DNA of 64,000 nucleotides, from contig CAMMTJ010000002.1 of assembly GCA_946499835.1 (NCBI GenBank), positions 79,368 to 143,367 on the forward strand, read 5' to 3'. Each line of letters starts with the position of its first letter. Positions within the stretch are counted from its first letter, which is position 1. Positions 10,207 to 19,723 of the stretch are shown one piece after another. The notes under the pieces were generated by a model. The model saw only the letters and a program-made list of their open reading frames with translations. It made no database searches and was not told the origin of the DNA. Source of the DNA: an uncultured Bacillota bacterium (GTDB lineage Bacteria; Bacillota; Clostridia; Christensenellales; UBA1242). The translations under genes were made by a program, and so were the position numbers.

Positions 10207-12213
10207 TCAGTTTTTGTTTTCTTTTTTTGCGAGAAGGTCAAGTTGATATTGATGGCGCTTAAAAAAGTCCTCTCGCTCATAAAGTGTTTTGAGTTTTCGT
10301 GACTTTGACATAACATCAAAAATGCTTCCAAAGATATATTGCCAGTCAAAGCATTTTGATTTGTCAAGACCGAGATAATCTGCAACATTCTCCGTTCCGC
10401 TTGGCGCGATAGGGTGGAGAAGGGTGTTTGCCACAAATATCATTTGAGCGGTATTTGCAGAAAGTGTGGCAAGTTTGTCTTTTGAGGTCGCATTTGCAAT
10501 CTCTTTAACCCAATATTTGTTGATATTTCGAATAAAAACATCGAGGGCATTGTAAACTTGATGGAATTTTTTGTCATACATAAACTTTTCAACATCAAGA
10601 ATAACTTTTTTGCATGAAGCAAAAATATTTTCATCAAGATCGGCAAGAGGAAGCACTCCGTCAAAGTTGTTTTGTGTTGAATAGAAAAGTGTTCTCAAAA
10701 TTCTGTTATAGACATTTGTCAAAAGATTGCCTTCCACCACCATTGGATCAATATCATCCTCTTTTGCATCAGGATTAAATGCCTTTGGGCAAAGAGAGAC
10801 ATTGTTGTTTGTCAAATTCATTGCCAAAAAGTGTATGCGGAATTGTTCTGGCGTGTAATACTTCAAAAATTCTTCTGCCATAGGTGGTTTAAGAGCACCT
10901 GACGAACTTGCTTTTTGGTTCATATACAAAATAGATTTGATTGGGCATATTTTTGTCAGTTGAAGATCTCCTTTTTTTGGATGCAAAGAAAAGTTTTTGC
11001 CTTGCATAGCCATAAATATTGCCTGTTGTGCAGGGCCGTAAAAGTAAAGATTGTCTTCGCCCAAAAATTGATATACTTGTGCATCTGGATCAGCCCAAAA
11101 CTTTTTCCACTCATCCTTATCTTTTCCAATCTTTTCAAGATAGGTTTTTGTGAAAGAAATTGGTGCCCAAAGTGATTCTGGCCAAACATAGAAAGTTTGG
11201 TTTTTGACGCCTTGAATTTCTGGACAAGGCACGCCCCAGTCGATATCTCCTGTCAAACGGAAAGGGGTGAGTGTTTTGCCGGTGCGATAGCGTATGTCAT
11301 TCTTTGCCAGCACCTCACAAGCCTTTTCACGAAGTTCAAGTTTGTCAAAAACAATTGTCATGCTTGGTGCTTTTTCATTGCGTTCAAGTTCGACAAATGG
11401 TGGGAGAGAGGCTCTTATCTTTTCAAATTTATCAAAAAATTCGCGTTTGATGTATATTTCCGGCTTTTTGAAAAATTCTCTTATTTCCTTCACCATGAAT
11501 TGTGGTGTGTCGCTGTTTCTTGCGATAGAGTCTATCCATTCTGTCAAAAGTTCATGACACTGTTCAAGATTGAAATACAAGTTTTCAATTTTGACAAGTT
11601 CTGGCTTTTCGCCACTGAGAGAACTTATTGGATCAATCAAATCTTGTGGAAGATATTGATGTCCAAGATCGCACTCATCTGCATAGCCTTTTTCGCTTTG
11701 GCAACCCTCTATTGGGCATTTGCCAACAACCTGTCTACCATTGAGCAAACATTTGTGTTTTTTGTCATAGAATTGCCATGAAGAGTGAACAGAAACCATA
11801 CCAGCCTTGTCAAGAGTTGTGACAAATTCTCGGCTTTCTTCTTCATGAATTTCTTTTGATCTGCCGATGGCCGAACCGCCATAAAGGTCATGCACGATTT
11901 CAAAACGTTTGAAAATTTCTTCCTGTTTGTCATGGTTGCGTGTGACAAAGTCGGTCAATGTTTTGTCGTCAATTTTTCCTTCTTCTTTAAGTTTGCGGAA
12001 TGATTCTATGGCAGGTGAGCCATAACAGTCTGTTCCAGAAACGAAAATAACGTTATCTTTTCCAATGCGGTCACGCAAGAACCTTGCAAAAACGTCAGCA
12101 CGAAGCATCATGCCCACATGGCCGAAATGCAAAAGTTTGTTGCCATAAGGCATACCACCAGTGACGACCGCACGTTTTGGAAAAACAGGTCTTGGTCTAA
12201 CAAAATTTTCCAT
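10207..12213 (-). CDS. metG: Methionine--tRNA ligase, divergent type
   Basis: MPYGNKLLHFGHVG (HIGH region), a MetRS-type zinc knuckle CPIEGCQSEKGYADECDLGH, YVWPESLWAPISF and FLGEDNLYFY blocks collinear with E. coli MetRS. The KMSKS position reads KASSS. Confidence 0.8.
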   Translation of the reverse strand: MENFVRPRPVFPKRAVVTGGMPYGNKLLHFGHVGMMLRADVFARFLRDRIGKDNVIFVSGTDCYGSPAIESFRKLKEEGKIDDKTLTDFVTRNHDKQEEIFKRFEIVHDLYGGSAIGRSKEIHEEESREFVTTLDKAGMVSVHSSWQFYDKKHKCLLNGRQVVGKCPIEGCQSEKGYADECDLGHQYLPQDLIDPISSLSGEKPELVKIENLYFNLEQCHELLTEWIDSIARNSDTPQFMVKEIREFFKKPEIYIKREFFDKFEKIRASLPPFVELERNEKAPSMTIVFDKLELREKACEVLAKNDIRYRTGKTLTPFRLTGDIDWGVPCPEIQGVKNQTFYVWPESLWAPISFTKTYLEKIGKDKDEWKKFWADPDAQVYQFLGEDNLYFYGPAQQAIFMAMQGKNFSLHPKKGDLQLTKICPIKSILYMNQKASSSGALKPPMAEEFLKYYTPEQFRIHFLAMNLTNNNVSLCPKAFNPDAKEDDIDPMVVEGNLLTNVYNRILRTLFYSTQNNFDGVLPLADLDENIFASCKKVILDVEKFMYDKKFHQVYNALDVFIRNINKYWVKEIANATSKDKLATLSANTAQMIFVANTLLHPIAPSGTENVADYLGLDKSKCFDWQYIFGSIFDVMSKSRKLKTLYEREDFFKRHQYQLDLLAKKENKN

Positions 12214-12216
12214 ATT

Positions 12217-12822
12217 TCACCTAAAATCCTTTTTAAGAAATTGTAACTTATTTTTTATTCTTGTCAAAGCATTATCAATACTTTTTTTGCTTTCACCCAA
12301 ATTTGAAGCGATTTCATTGTAAGAATATCCTTGCAAATATTGTCCAAGCACTTGTCTTTCTCTTGGTGACAAGACTTCATTGACAAGAGAGAGCAGTTCC
12401 TCTTGATTTTCCCTTTCAATCACTTGGCTGTCAGGAGATGGCATTTGTGATGGGAGGATAATGTCAGCACTGCTGTCATTTTCATCATCAAAATCACTTT
12501 GTTCGCCAATTGAAAGAGCGGAAGAGAGCACTTTGTTTTTTTCTGCGTTCGCAATTTTGACAGCCGTTTGAATTTGGTGCTTTATGCAAATGGTTGCAAA
12601 TGTCTTGAACGATGCCTTTTTGCCATCAGTAAAGTTTTGAATGGCTTTATACAGCCCGATCATTCCTTCTTGAATGAGATCTTCCACGTCACCGCCTGCA
12701 AGAAAATATGTTCTTGAAAGTTTGTTCACCAAACTCTTGTATCTTGCAAAGAGTTCTGCCATAGCCTCATCATCACCTTGTTTTGCCAGCAAAACAAGAG
12801 TTTCATCTGTTTTTTCGCTCAT
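12217..12822 (-). CDS. sigH: RNA polymerase sigma factor, SigH-like
   Basis: DLIQEGMIGLYKAIQNFTDGKKASFKTFATICIKHQI closely parallels the Bacillus SigH region 2, and a C-terminal region-4 HTH is present. Start set at the ATG at 12822, behind the RBS AAAGGAGA and in frame with track ORF 12217-12837. Confidence 0.8.
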   Translation of the reverse strand: MSEKTDETLVLLAKQGDDEAMAELFARYKSLVNKLSRTYFLAGGDVEDLIQEGMIGLYKAIQNFTDGKKASFKTFATICIKHQIQTAVKIANAEKNKVLSSALSIGEQSDFDDENDSSADIILPSQMPSPDSQVIERENQEELLSLVNEVLSPRERQVLGQYLQGYSYNEIASNLGESKKSIDNALTRIKNKLQFLKKDFR

Positions 12823-12833
12823 AACATCTCCTT

Positions 12834-13556
12834 TCACTTGCTTTTTTGTCTTAGGACTTCAAAAATAACGATTCCGCAAGCAACGCTGGCGTTGAGTGAG
12901 TTTACATTGCCTTTAAGTGGAAGGGTGAGAATGCCGTCACACATATTTTTTATGGTTGGTTTTATCCCTTTTCCCTCAGAGCCGATCACAACAGCAATAG
13001 GTTTGTTGAGGTTTTCTTTGTAAATATCCTTTCCGCCAACCTCTGCACAGTAAACCCATATTCCACGATCTTGCATACTTTTGATTGAGTCTTTGAGGTT
13101 TGTCACCCTTGCAATTTTCATATTGAGTGCAGCCCCTGTGCTTGTGCGGATAACAGTTTCATTGACAGTGCAGGCACGATTTTTTGGTATGATAATTCCG
13201 TGCACGCCAGCACATTCACAAGAGCGGATAATTGCACCAAAGTTGTGCGGATCTTCTATGCCGTCAAGCAGAACGATAAAAGCATCCTCTCCTCTTTTTT
13301 CTGCCTCAGCAAAGATATCTTCCTCAGTTGAATAAGCAAAGTCAACACACTGGGCAATAAAGCCTTGATGATGAGCAGTTGCCGACTTTTTGTCTAGCAC
13401 ATTTTTTGGCAGATATTCAATTTTTATTCTGCTTTTGGTCAAAAGAAAAAGGAGGGGATCTTTGCGGTCACGCAAATTTTTGTCCACCATAACTTTGTTG
13501 ATTGTCAAGTTTGCATCGAGTGCTTCTTTTACTGCATTGCGTCCTTCTATTTGCAT
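12834..13556 (-). CDS. rlmB: TrmH/SpoU-family 23S rRNA 2'-O-methyltransferase (RlmB/YacO-like)
   Basis: 240 aa with an N-terminal substrate-binding domain plus a SpoU methylase core (NFGAIIRS, VIGSEGKGI, LNASVA). Classic position between mrnC and sigH. Confidence 0.8.
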   Translation of the reverse strand: MQIEGRNAVKEALDANLTINKVMVDKNLRDRKDPLLFLLTKSRIKIEYLPKNVLDKKSATAHHQGFIAQCVDFAYSTEEDIFAEAEKRGEDAFIVLLDGIEDPHNFGAIIRSCECAGVHGIIIPKNRACTVNETVIRTSTGAALNMKIARVTNLKDSIKSMQDRGIWVYCAEVGGKDIYKENLNKPIAVVIGSEGKGIKPTIKNMCDGILTLPLKGNVNSLNASVACGIVIFEVLRQKSK

Positions 13557-13558
13557 AG

Positions 13559-13957
13559 TTATTCTTCCTTTTGTTCTACTGAAAGTGAGAGAAATTTGCT
13601 TAGTCTATCTTTTTGCTCTAACAGATATAAATATCCAATCAGTGCCTCAAATGCTGTTGCGTGGATATAATCACTTGTGCTTGCATTTTTTGCTTGGTGC
13701 TTTGGTTTTGCATTCCTTGCCCTTCGCACAATTTCTTTTTCATCATCTGTGAGAAGGGGCAACAATTTTTCAAGAGCCTTGGATTGTGAAGATGCTCTGC
13801 AAAATTTTGATGCGTCTGAGTGATAATTTGTCATTTTGCCATTCTCAGTTGACAAAACATATTCACGCACAAACAGCGTGTGAACACTGTCACCAATAAA
13901 AGCGATTGGCAACATATTTGTTTGAATGAGTTTTTGCAAAAGTTTTTTCTTTTCCAT
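13559..13957 (-). CDS. mrnC: Mini-ribonuclease 3
   Basis: 132 aa with LPIAFIGDSVHTLFVREY and ATAFEALIGYLYL motifs. Synteny with rlmB and sigH as in Bacillus. Confidence 0.85.
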   Translation of the reverse strand: MEKKKLLQKLIQTNMLPIAFIGDSVHTLFVREYVLSTENGKMTNYHSDASKFCRASSQSKALEKLLPLLTDDEKEIVRRARNAKPKHQAKNASTSDYIHATAFEALIGYLYLLEQKDRLSKFLSLSVEQKEE

Positions 13958-15048
13958 TATACATTAAACCTAAAAAGCATAACATCGCCATCTTGAACGA
14001 CATAATCTTTGCCTTCAATGCGGACTTTTCCTTTTTCTTTTGCTTTGACAAAGTTGCCACATTCAATAAGATCGTTGTAAGAGACGACTTCCGCCTTAAT
14101 AAATCCCTTTTCAAAATCGCTGTGAATCTTTCCTGCCGCGCCAGGTGCTTTTGTGCCTTTTTTGATCGTCCAAGCACGCACTTCTTTTTCGCCGGCAGTA
14201 AGAAAACTCATAAGTCCCAGAAGGTCATAACTTGCACTAACAAGTTTTTCAAGACCACTTTCCTTTATTCCAAGTTCTTCCTTGAAAAGCGGACGCTCAT
14301 CAGGGGAGAGGGAAATGAGTTCTTCTTCAATTTTGGCACAAAGGGTGATGACTTTTGCATTTTCTTTTTGAGCATACTCTTTGACTTTCTTCACATAGCC
14401 ATTATCTTCTTTTCCAAGGTCATCTTCGCCGATGTTTGCAACATAGATAAGTGGCTTTGCAGTAAGCAGTTGAAGATTTTTAAGAATCTTTTCTTCATCT
14501 TCATCATAAGAAAGGTTTCTTGCCATTTGGTTGTTTTCAAGGGCAGATTTGATCTTTTGCATAAGATTGACAGAAGCGATCAGTCCTTTGTCGCCAGTTT
14601 TGACAAGTTTTGCATCTTTTTCAAGTTTTTTGCTCACCTGTTCAAGGTCTGCAAGGGCAAGTTCAAGATTGATCACTTCAATATCACGAATTGGATCAAC
14701 TGATCCACTGACGTGAATTATGTTTGGATCATCAAAACACCTTACCACATGCACAATGGCATCAACCTCGCGAATATGACTTAAAAACTTGTTTCCAAGT
14801 CCTTCGCCATGACTTGCGCCTGCCACAAGTCCTGCGATGTCAACAAACTCGATTGAGGCTGGCACTATTTTTTGTGTGTGATAAAGTTCACCCAAGACGT
14901 CAAGTCTTGGGTCTGGGACATCAACGATGCCTACATTTGGTTCAATTGTGCAAAAAGGGTAGTTTGCACTCTCTGCACCTGCCTCTGTGATAGCGTTGAA
15001 GAGAGTGCTTTTCCCTACGTTTGGAAGTCCAACAACTCCGATTTTCAT
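13957..15048 (-). CDS. ychF: Redox-regulated ATPase YchF
   Basis: 363 aa, G1 motif GLPNVGKSTLFNA, TGS-like C-terminus. Its stop overlaps the mrnC start by 1 nt (TAATG). Confidence 0.95.
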   Translation of the reverse strand: MKIGVVGLPNVGKSTLFNAITEAGAESANYPFCTIEPNVGIVDVPDPRLDVLGELYHTQKIVPASIEFVDIAGLVAGASHGEGLGNKFLSHIREVDAIVHVVRCFDDPNIIHVSGSVDPIRDIEVINLELALADLEQVSKKLEKDAKLVKTGDKGLIASVNLMQKIKSALENNQMARNLSYDEDEEKILKNLQLLTAKPLIYVANIGEDDLGKEDNGYVKKVKEYAQKENAKVITLCAKIEEELISLSPDERPLFKEELGIKESGLEKLVSASYDLLGLMSFLTAGEKEVRAWTIKKGTKAPGAAGKIHSDFEKGFIKAEVVSYNDLIECGNFVKAKEKGKVRIEGKDYVVQDGDVMLFRFNV

Positions 15049-15145
15049 AAATTTCTAGTCCTTTTTATCTGTAATATTTGTTTGCATGGAGGTGTAATAG
15101 TTTTTTTAATTAAACATTGCTCCAATTTCTTTCAAGAAAACTCTG

Positions 15146-18100
15146 CTATGAGGCCATTTCTTCCGAACTTTCAGAAGCATGACCAGTCCCTGCTTCTCTC
15201 TCTGCGGCGGCATGGCGCTCGCTTTCTGCCGCAGCAGCAGCCGACTCTCTTGCCTCTGCGTTTGAGATTTCATTATTAAGAGTTTCCTTTGCCGTTTTTG
15301 CTTTTTGTTTGTCAATTTTTCTTTGTTTCTTTTTCTTTTTGATCTTTCTATTTTTTCTTGCTTTTTTCAGTTTTTTCTTGACAGCCTTTTGAAGTTTTGC
15401 ACCTTTCTTTTCTGCCATGGCTGAACACTTGCCAAGTATTTCGTCAATATTACTTTCAGTTATGACAACATTTTTGAGTGCCTTCCAAATGCCAGAATCT
15501 GCTATATCATTCTCATGTTCTGCCATCCAAGCCTTAAACTCAGACAGTTTTGATGCAGAATCAAGATCTTTGATATCTTGTGAAAGTGCAAGGAAGTCGC
15601 TGTATGCCTGTTTCTGTTTGGCTTGATCCACCTTTGCATAAAAGAGAGAATCTTCTTTTTTCTGTTGTCTCTTTTGTGCTCGTGTTAGTTTTGGATGCTT
15701 TACAGAATCTTTGATAATTTCATTTATTTTTTCATTTCTCGCCGTTTCATCTGCTTCCTTTTCTGCATTTTTCAATTTTTTGGCAATTTTGCGATCGCTA
15801 CGTTTTAGGGCAGAGATAAGATGATTTTTTATTGTGTCTGTCTGGTAAATGCCATTGCTGGTTAGCAGTGTCACCTTGTTGCTATCCATAAGAGCGAGCG
15901 CTTGATCAAGGACGCTGTCAACATTTTCAAGGTCTGCGCCTTCAAGATGTTTTACAAATGCATCAACAAATGGTGCAAGTGACTTGTTTGATGAAATTGT
16001 GTTTATCAAAGAGATAACATTTTCTTTTCTTTTTGCTACTGCATTATCATAAGATTCAACCTCATTTGACAACCTTTGCAGTTCATCTTGAAGTTTTTTA
16101 TCATCTGACATTATGGCTTTTGCTGCATCACTTCCATGTCTTAAAGTCAACATTTTGGTAAGATTAGCATCAGCAGTTGCCAGAGCGACACCATTTGCAT
16201 TCATGAGCAAAGTTTGATTTGCAAGAGAACTTATTGTTCCATTTGCGCAAAGTTCGCACAGAACATTGAATCTATTTGTCAAAGAAGGAGTAAAATTGAT
16301 AGCAGTTTTTTTACCTTTTACTAGTTCATTATTGAGATCACAAGTTGCAAGATATCTATAAGCGATAGGTTGAATTTGAGAAATAAGTCGTTTTCTTTCT
16401 TTTTCAAAGTTTGGATTTTTTGCTGATTTATATTTAGTTTTCAAATATTTTCTAACAATTGTATCAATTTTGTCATCAGCGACGTCTTTTGCTTTAGAGG
16501 AACTTGTTTCTTTCAGACTTGTTTGCTTTTCAGAAACTCTTTTATCGACCTTTGATTTGATTTCAGTATTTTTTTCATGTAGATTTTTTAATAGTTGTAT
16601 TTCTTTTGGCAACTCTACATCATTCAAAGCCTTGATAATTTTATTCGTTGACATTTTTTGGCAGTCATCAAGTGACAAACCTTTTGTTTTTGCAAGATAA
16701 CTTGCCATTTGACCATGGACAAAATTGTCAACTTGAACAGAAGATGTTGATTTCAAATCGATCTCGCTGAAAATGTAAGAAGGGGAGCGTGGCATATCAG
16801 TCCAAGCCTTGCCAGATGAGTATTTTTCTCTTGCAAGTGCAATGTCAGAATTGAAAGATGTTTGAGCAAGCAGTTCCTCTCTTTCTATTATCAAATTGGC
16901 GATTTCTTTTTGTGTGTCATCTTCAAATGACGTAAGAGAGGTGATAAAATCTTTGACATGTTTTTGATCTTCTTCTGACAATGCTGAGAGCGAAGCGAGA
17001 GTTGGCATAGATTTTATCTTCTCATCAAGAAGATCCCTTTGTTGGGCGAGATTTGATTTTGCAATAGCGTTATTCAAGATCCTCTTGTTTTCCTGCATTC
17101 TAGTTTCGCTTATTGTTGTAGGAACACTGCGCCAAATGTCACGGAATTTGTTTTCAAGTTTGACCAAACTTTCATATAGTTCTGTAAAACCACTATACAC
17201 TTTCAAACTTCTGCTTGCTTTTTTGAAACCTTTGTTTTCCAAAGAAACATCAACTTCCAATTTTTCTTGTGCTTTCAAAAGAAGTTGTGAAATGTGACCT
17301 CTCTCTTGTTCAGGGAAAGATGAAACAAATGCAGAAAAGTCAAGACTGTCCATATCCGACTCACAAACAAATCTTTCCATAATATCGCTTGCATATCTTT
17401 CAACAAGTTTTTCTCTTTGCGCAGGGGTGAGTTTTGGATTTGCTATCGCTGTGCCAAGCATTCTCTTGTCACCATAGACAAGAATGTTGTGTTGTCTGTT
17501 TTCAAGAGTTTTTCTCTCTGTTATATTGTCTCTTTGTGCTTTGTTGTATTTTGAAAATGCTTGAACGACATTTTTATCAAGGATTGGTTTGTTTGTTTTA
17601 TCAAAGAATTTCCCTTTGATGGCATCAAAAATTTCTTTATCTTCGCCTTTGTATATATGTGTTTTAATGAATGATTCAATATCCTTTTCTTCCAGATGTG
17701 ATGATGTTGATTTATCAATTAAACGTTGGTATTCATTTATTAGATCTGAGCGTTTTTGGATATTTTCTTCACTAATAAAGGAGTTCCAGTCAGGCGGAAT
17801 AACAAAATCTTGTGCATTTTCTTGTGTAACGCCAAATTCTTGTCCATAAAGAAGTGGCTTCTCTTCTCCCCACATTGCATCAAACCCTGCAACGAGACCT
17901 TGAGCCTGTTCGAGATTTTGGTCAAGGGCTTTATCATTTTCCCAAAAAGCCTCTTGTTGATTTTCATATTCACGTTCTTGTTCGTTGAGCGGATCAATAT
18001 ATTTTGTTTTGATTGAGTGGAGTGGATCGTTGAGATAGTCAAGCATCATGATATAGCCTTGTCCACCAAGGAAGGCAACCGCTCCAATGCTTGCAATCAC

Positions 18101-19486
18101 TGCACCAGCGATTGGTCCCAAAAGAACAGAGCACATCATAAGGGCAATTGCAAGAATAGTCACAATATGTCCAGGCATTGGACCATATTTTTTCTGCTCT
18201 GTCACTTTTTTGAGCGGTGTTTTTGTAGGTCCAGGTGGAGGGGGTGGAGGAGGTGGTTCAATGCCCCCAGTTTCTTCCTGCGTGGCAGAGAGTTTGTTAC
18301 GTTTTTCGTTGAGGTTGATATATAAGGTGTTTCTTTTATCTTTAAGTGTTGGATGAACGGTCAGCCCTTCTGCCAATTTGTATCCAGGTGTACTTGTGTC
18401 GTTACGGCAGGTGATAGGTTGTCCGTATTCTTTTTCAGTTTGTTTTTTGCCACTTTGAATAAAGTTTACAAGTTCGTTGAGTGCATTCTTTTTAGCAACA
18501 TCGTCTTCACCTTTACTTTCTGCAAAGTCTGATAGATCACCACCTGTGTTTAATGCATACTCATAACTGTTTTGTCTGTTTGTGGTGGCATTGAAATAAA
18601 GGTTCAATTCACCATTTTTTCCTATGGTTTGAAAGAAGTATTGATCTACAGCGAACCACTTTCCATCACTATAAAAACAAATTCCATTGTCCGGCATTTT
18701 TGCCAAGATTAAAGGATTGACTGCATTTTGTTTATTCTCAGCAGTAGGAGGAGTATAGACAAAATATGACACGCCTTTGTTGTTGGGATTTGGATCTTCA
18801 ATCAGTGTTGTCATCGCCTTGGCTGGATCATGGTTGATGCCTTTTGCTTTGCAGTATGCCAGAGCTATATAGTATGGAGGGAGTTGTGCTCTTGTTTTTT
18901 CAATATCAGTGTTTTTTGCTGGGCTAGGCATAGAAAGAAGCTGATCATTTTGATCACAAAGTCTTTCAATGCACTCGGTAGAAACTGAGGCATCAAGTGG
19001 AATAACTTCACCTTTTTCGTCGACAGAGTTGTATGTGAACACTTGACGGCTGTCACCTTCACCCATTTCAAGTTTTGCACCACCAGCATGGACAAAAAGG
19101 GTGTATTCCTGCCCATCACTACTTTTAATGGTCATTTTTGTCTCATCTTTTGAAAAATCAATAGAGATTGGATTGTCTTTTCCAGTTTTTGTTACTTCCA
19201 GCATGCAAGTGTTACCGATCTTAAAAGTAGGGGGAATTTTCCCGTCACGAGTTGTGAAAAGACTTGCATCAAATGATACATAAGTTTTTCCGTCTGCCGC
19301 TTGTGCAACTTGCAATTTTGTGGTTGAGCCTACGCTAAAAGAGACAAGTGATTTTTGGTTGGCATCAACTACTGTCTTTTGTTTAAGGCCAGTGTGCTTT
19401 TGTCCCTTAACATCAGTGATTGTTGTGTTTCGTTCAACAGTGATAGGCCCCGAGGTTTTTAATACGTCTGCCATGTTTTCCTCCAT
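15146..19486 (-). CDS. Giant orphan membrane-associated protein (1446 aa)
   Basis: Uninterrupted 4.3-kb ORF. A beta-rich N-terminal roughly 400 aa without signal peptide, a PPPPPPPPGP run (about 18224-18253), two adjacent hydrophobic helices (about 18044-18175), roughly 950 aa of helical K/E/D/L-rich sequence, and a poly-Lys then acidic/Ala tail. Confidence 0.85.
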   Translation of the reverse strand: MEENMADVLKTSGPITVERNTTITDVKGQKHTGLKQKTVVDANQKSLVSFSVGSTTKLQVAQAADGKTYVSFDASLFTTRDGKIPPTFKIGNTCMLEVTKTGKDNPISIDFSKDETKMTIKSSDGQEYTLFVHAGGAKLEMGEGDSRQVFTYNSVDEKGEVIPLDASVSTECIERLCDQNDQLLSMPSPAKNTDIEKTRAQLPPYYIALAYCKAKGINHDPAKAMTTLIEDPNPNNKGVSYFVYTPPTAENKQNAVNPLILAKMPDNGICFYSDGKWFAVDQYFFQTIGKNGELNLYFNATTNRQNSYEYALNTGGDLSDFAESKGEDDVAKKNALNELVNFIQSGKKQTEKEYGQPITCRNDTSTPGYKLAEGLTVHPTLKDKRNTLYINLNEKRNKLSATQEETGGIEPPPPPPPPGPTKTPLKKVTEQKKYGPMPGHIVTILAIALMMCSVLLGPIAGAVIASIGAVAFLGGQGYIMMLDYLNDPLHSIKTKYIDPLNEQEREYENQQEAFWENDKALDQNLEQAQGLVAGFDAMWGEEKPLLYGQEFGVTQENAQDFVIPPDWNSFISEENIQKRSDLINEYQRLIDKSTSSHLEEKDIESFIKTHIYKGEDKEIFDAIKGKFFDKTNKPILDKNVVQAFSKYNKAQRDNITERKTLENRQHNILVYGDKRMLGTAIANPKLTPAQREKLVERYASDIMERFVCESDMDSLDFSAFVSSFPEQERGHISQLLLKAQEKLEVDVSLENKGFKKASRSLKVYSGFTELYESLVKLENKFRDIWRSVPTTISETRMQENKRILNNAIAKSNLAQQRDLLDEKIKSMPTLASLSALSEEDQKHVKDFITSLTSFEDDTQKEIANLIIEREELLAQTSFNSDIALAREKYSSGKAWTDMPRSPSYIFSEIDLKSTSSVQVDNFVHGQMASYLAKTKGLSLDDCQKMSTNKIIKALNDVELPKEIQLLKNLHEKNTEIKSKVDKRVSEKQTSLKETSSSKAKDVADDKIDTIVRKYLKTKYKSAKNPNFEKERKRLISQIQPIAYRYLATCDLNNELVKGKKTAINFTPSLTNRFNVLCELCANGTISSLANQTLLMNANGVALATADANLTKMLTLRHGSDAAKAIMSDDKKLQDELQRLSNEVESYDNAVAKRKENVISLINTISSNKSLAPFVDAFVKHLEGADLENVDSVLDQALALMDSNKVTLLTSNGIYQTDTIKNHLISALKRSDRKIAKKLKNAEKEADETARNEKINEIIKDSVKHPKLTRAQKRQQKKEDSLFYAKVDQAKQKQAYSDFLALSQDIKDLDSASKLSEFKAWMAEHENDIADSGIWKALKNVVITESNIDEILGKCSAMAEKKGAKLQKAVKKKLKKARKNRKIKKKKKQRKIDKQKAKTAKETLNNEISNAEARESAAAAAESERHAAAEREAGTGHASESSEEMAS

Positions 19487-19666
19487 GATTATAGTTAATT
19501 TATAATAACATTTAATAACAATAAAGTCAACAAAATATAGAAAGTGAGGGGGTGAGGAGAAAGATTTCTTTTATAATTTTTTCACCGCTTTGTAATGAGA
19601 AATTTTGTTTTTTTTGTTGTCTGTGAGGAAAAATCTTTTCAAAATGGCAATAAAGTCAAAAAGTAT

Positions 19667-19695
19667 TTGAAAAATACAAACTTTTTTGCTAAAAT
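19667..19695 (+). promoter_or_regulatory. Sigma-A type promoter for secA
   Basis: TTGAAA (19667-19672), a 17-nt spacer, then TAAAAT (19690-19695), 28 nt upstream of the secA ATG. Confidence 0.6.
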
Positions 19696-19723
19696 ATTGA
19701 AAAGTGAAACAATAGGAGTGAAA

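Noticed and set aside
10207-12300. T-box or SAM riboswitch leader upstream of metG (and similarly upstream of cysS at 53616-53628).
   Set aside because: Both synthetase genes start within 4-13 nt of the preceding gene, so there is no room for a leader RNA. They are operon-internal.
19487-19723. Possible replication origin at the divergent junction between the minus-strand block (428-19486) and the plus-strand block (secA onward).
   Set aside because: No DnaA-box-like 9-mers are found in the spacer. Gene orientation alternates frequently further right, so strand bias is not a reliable origin marker here. The real box cluster is at 121-247.
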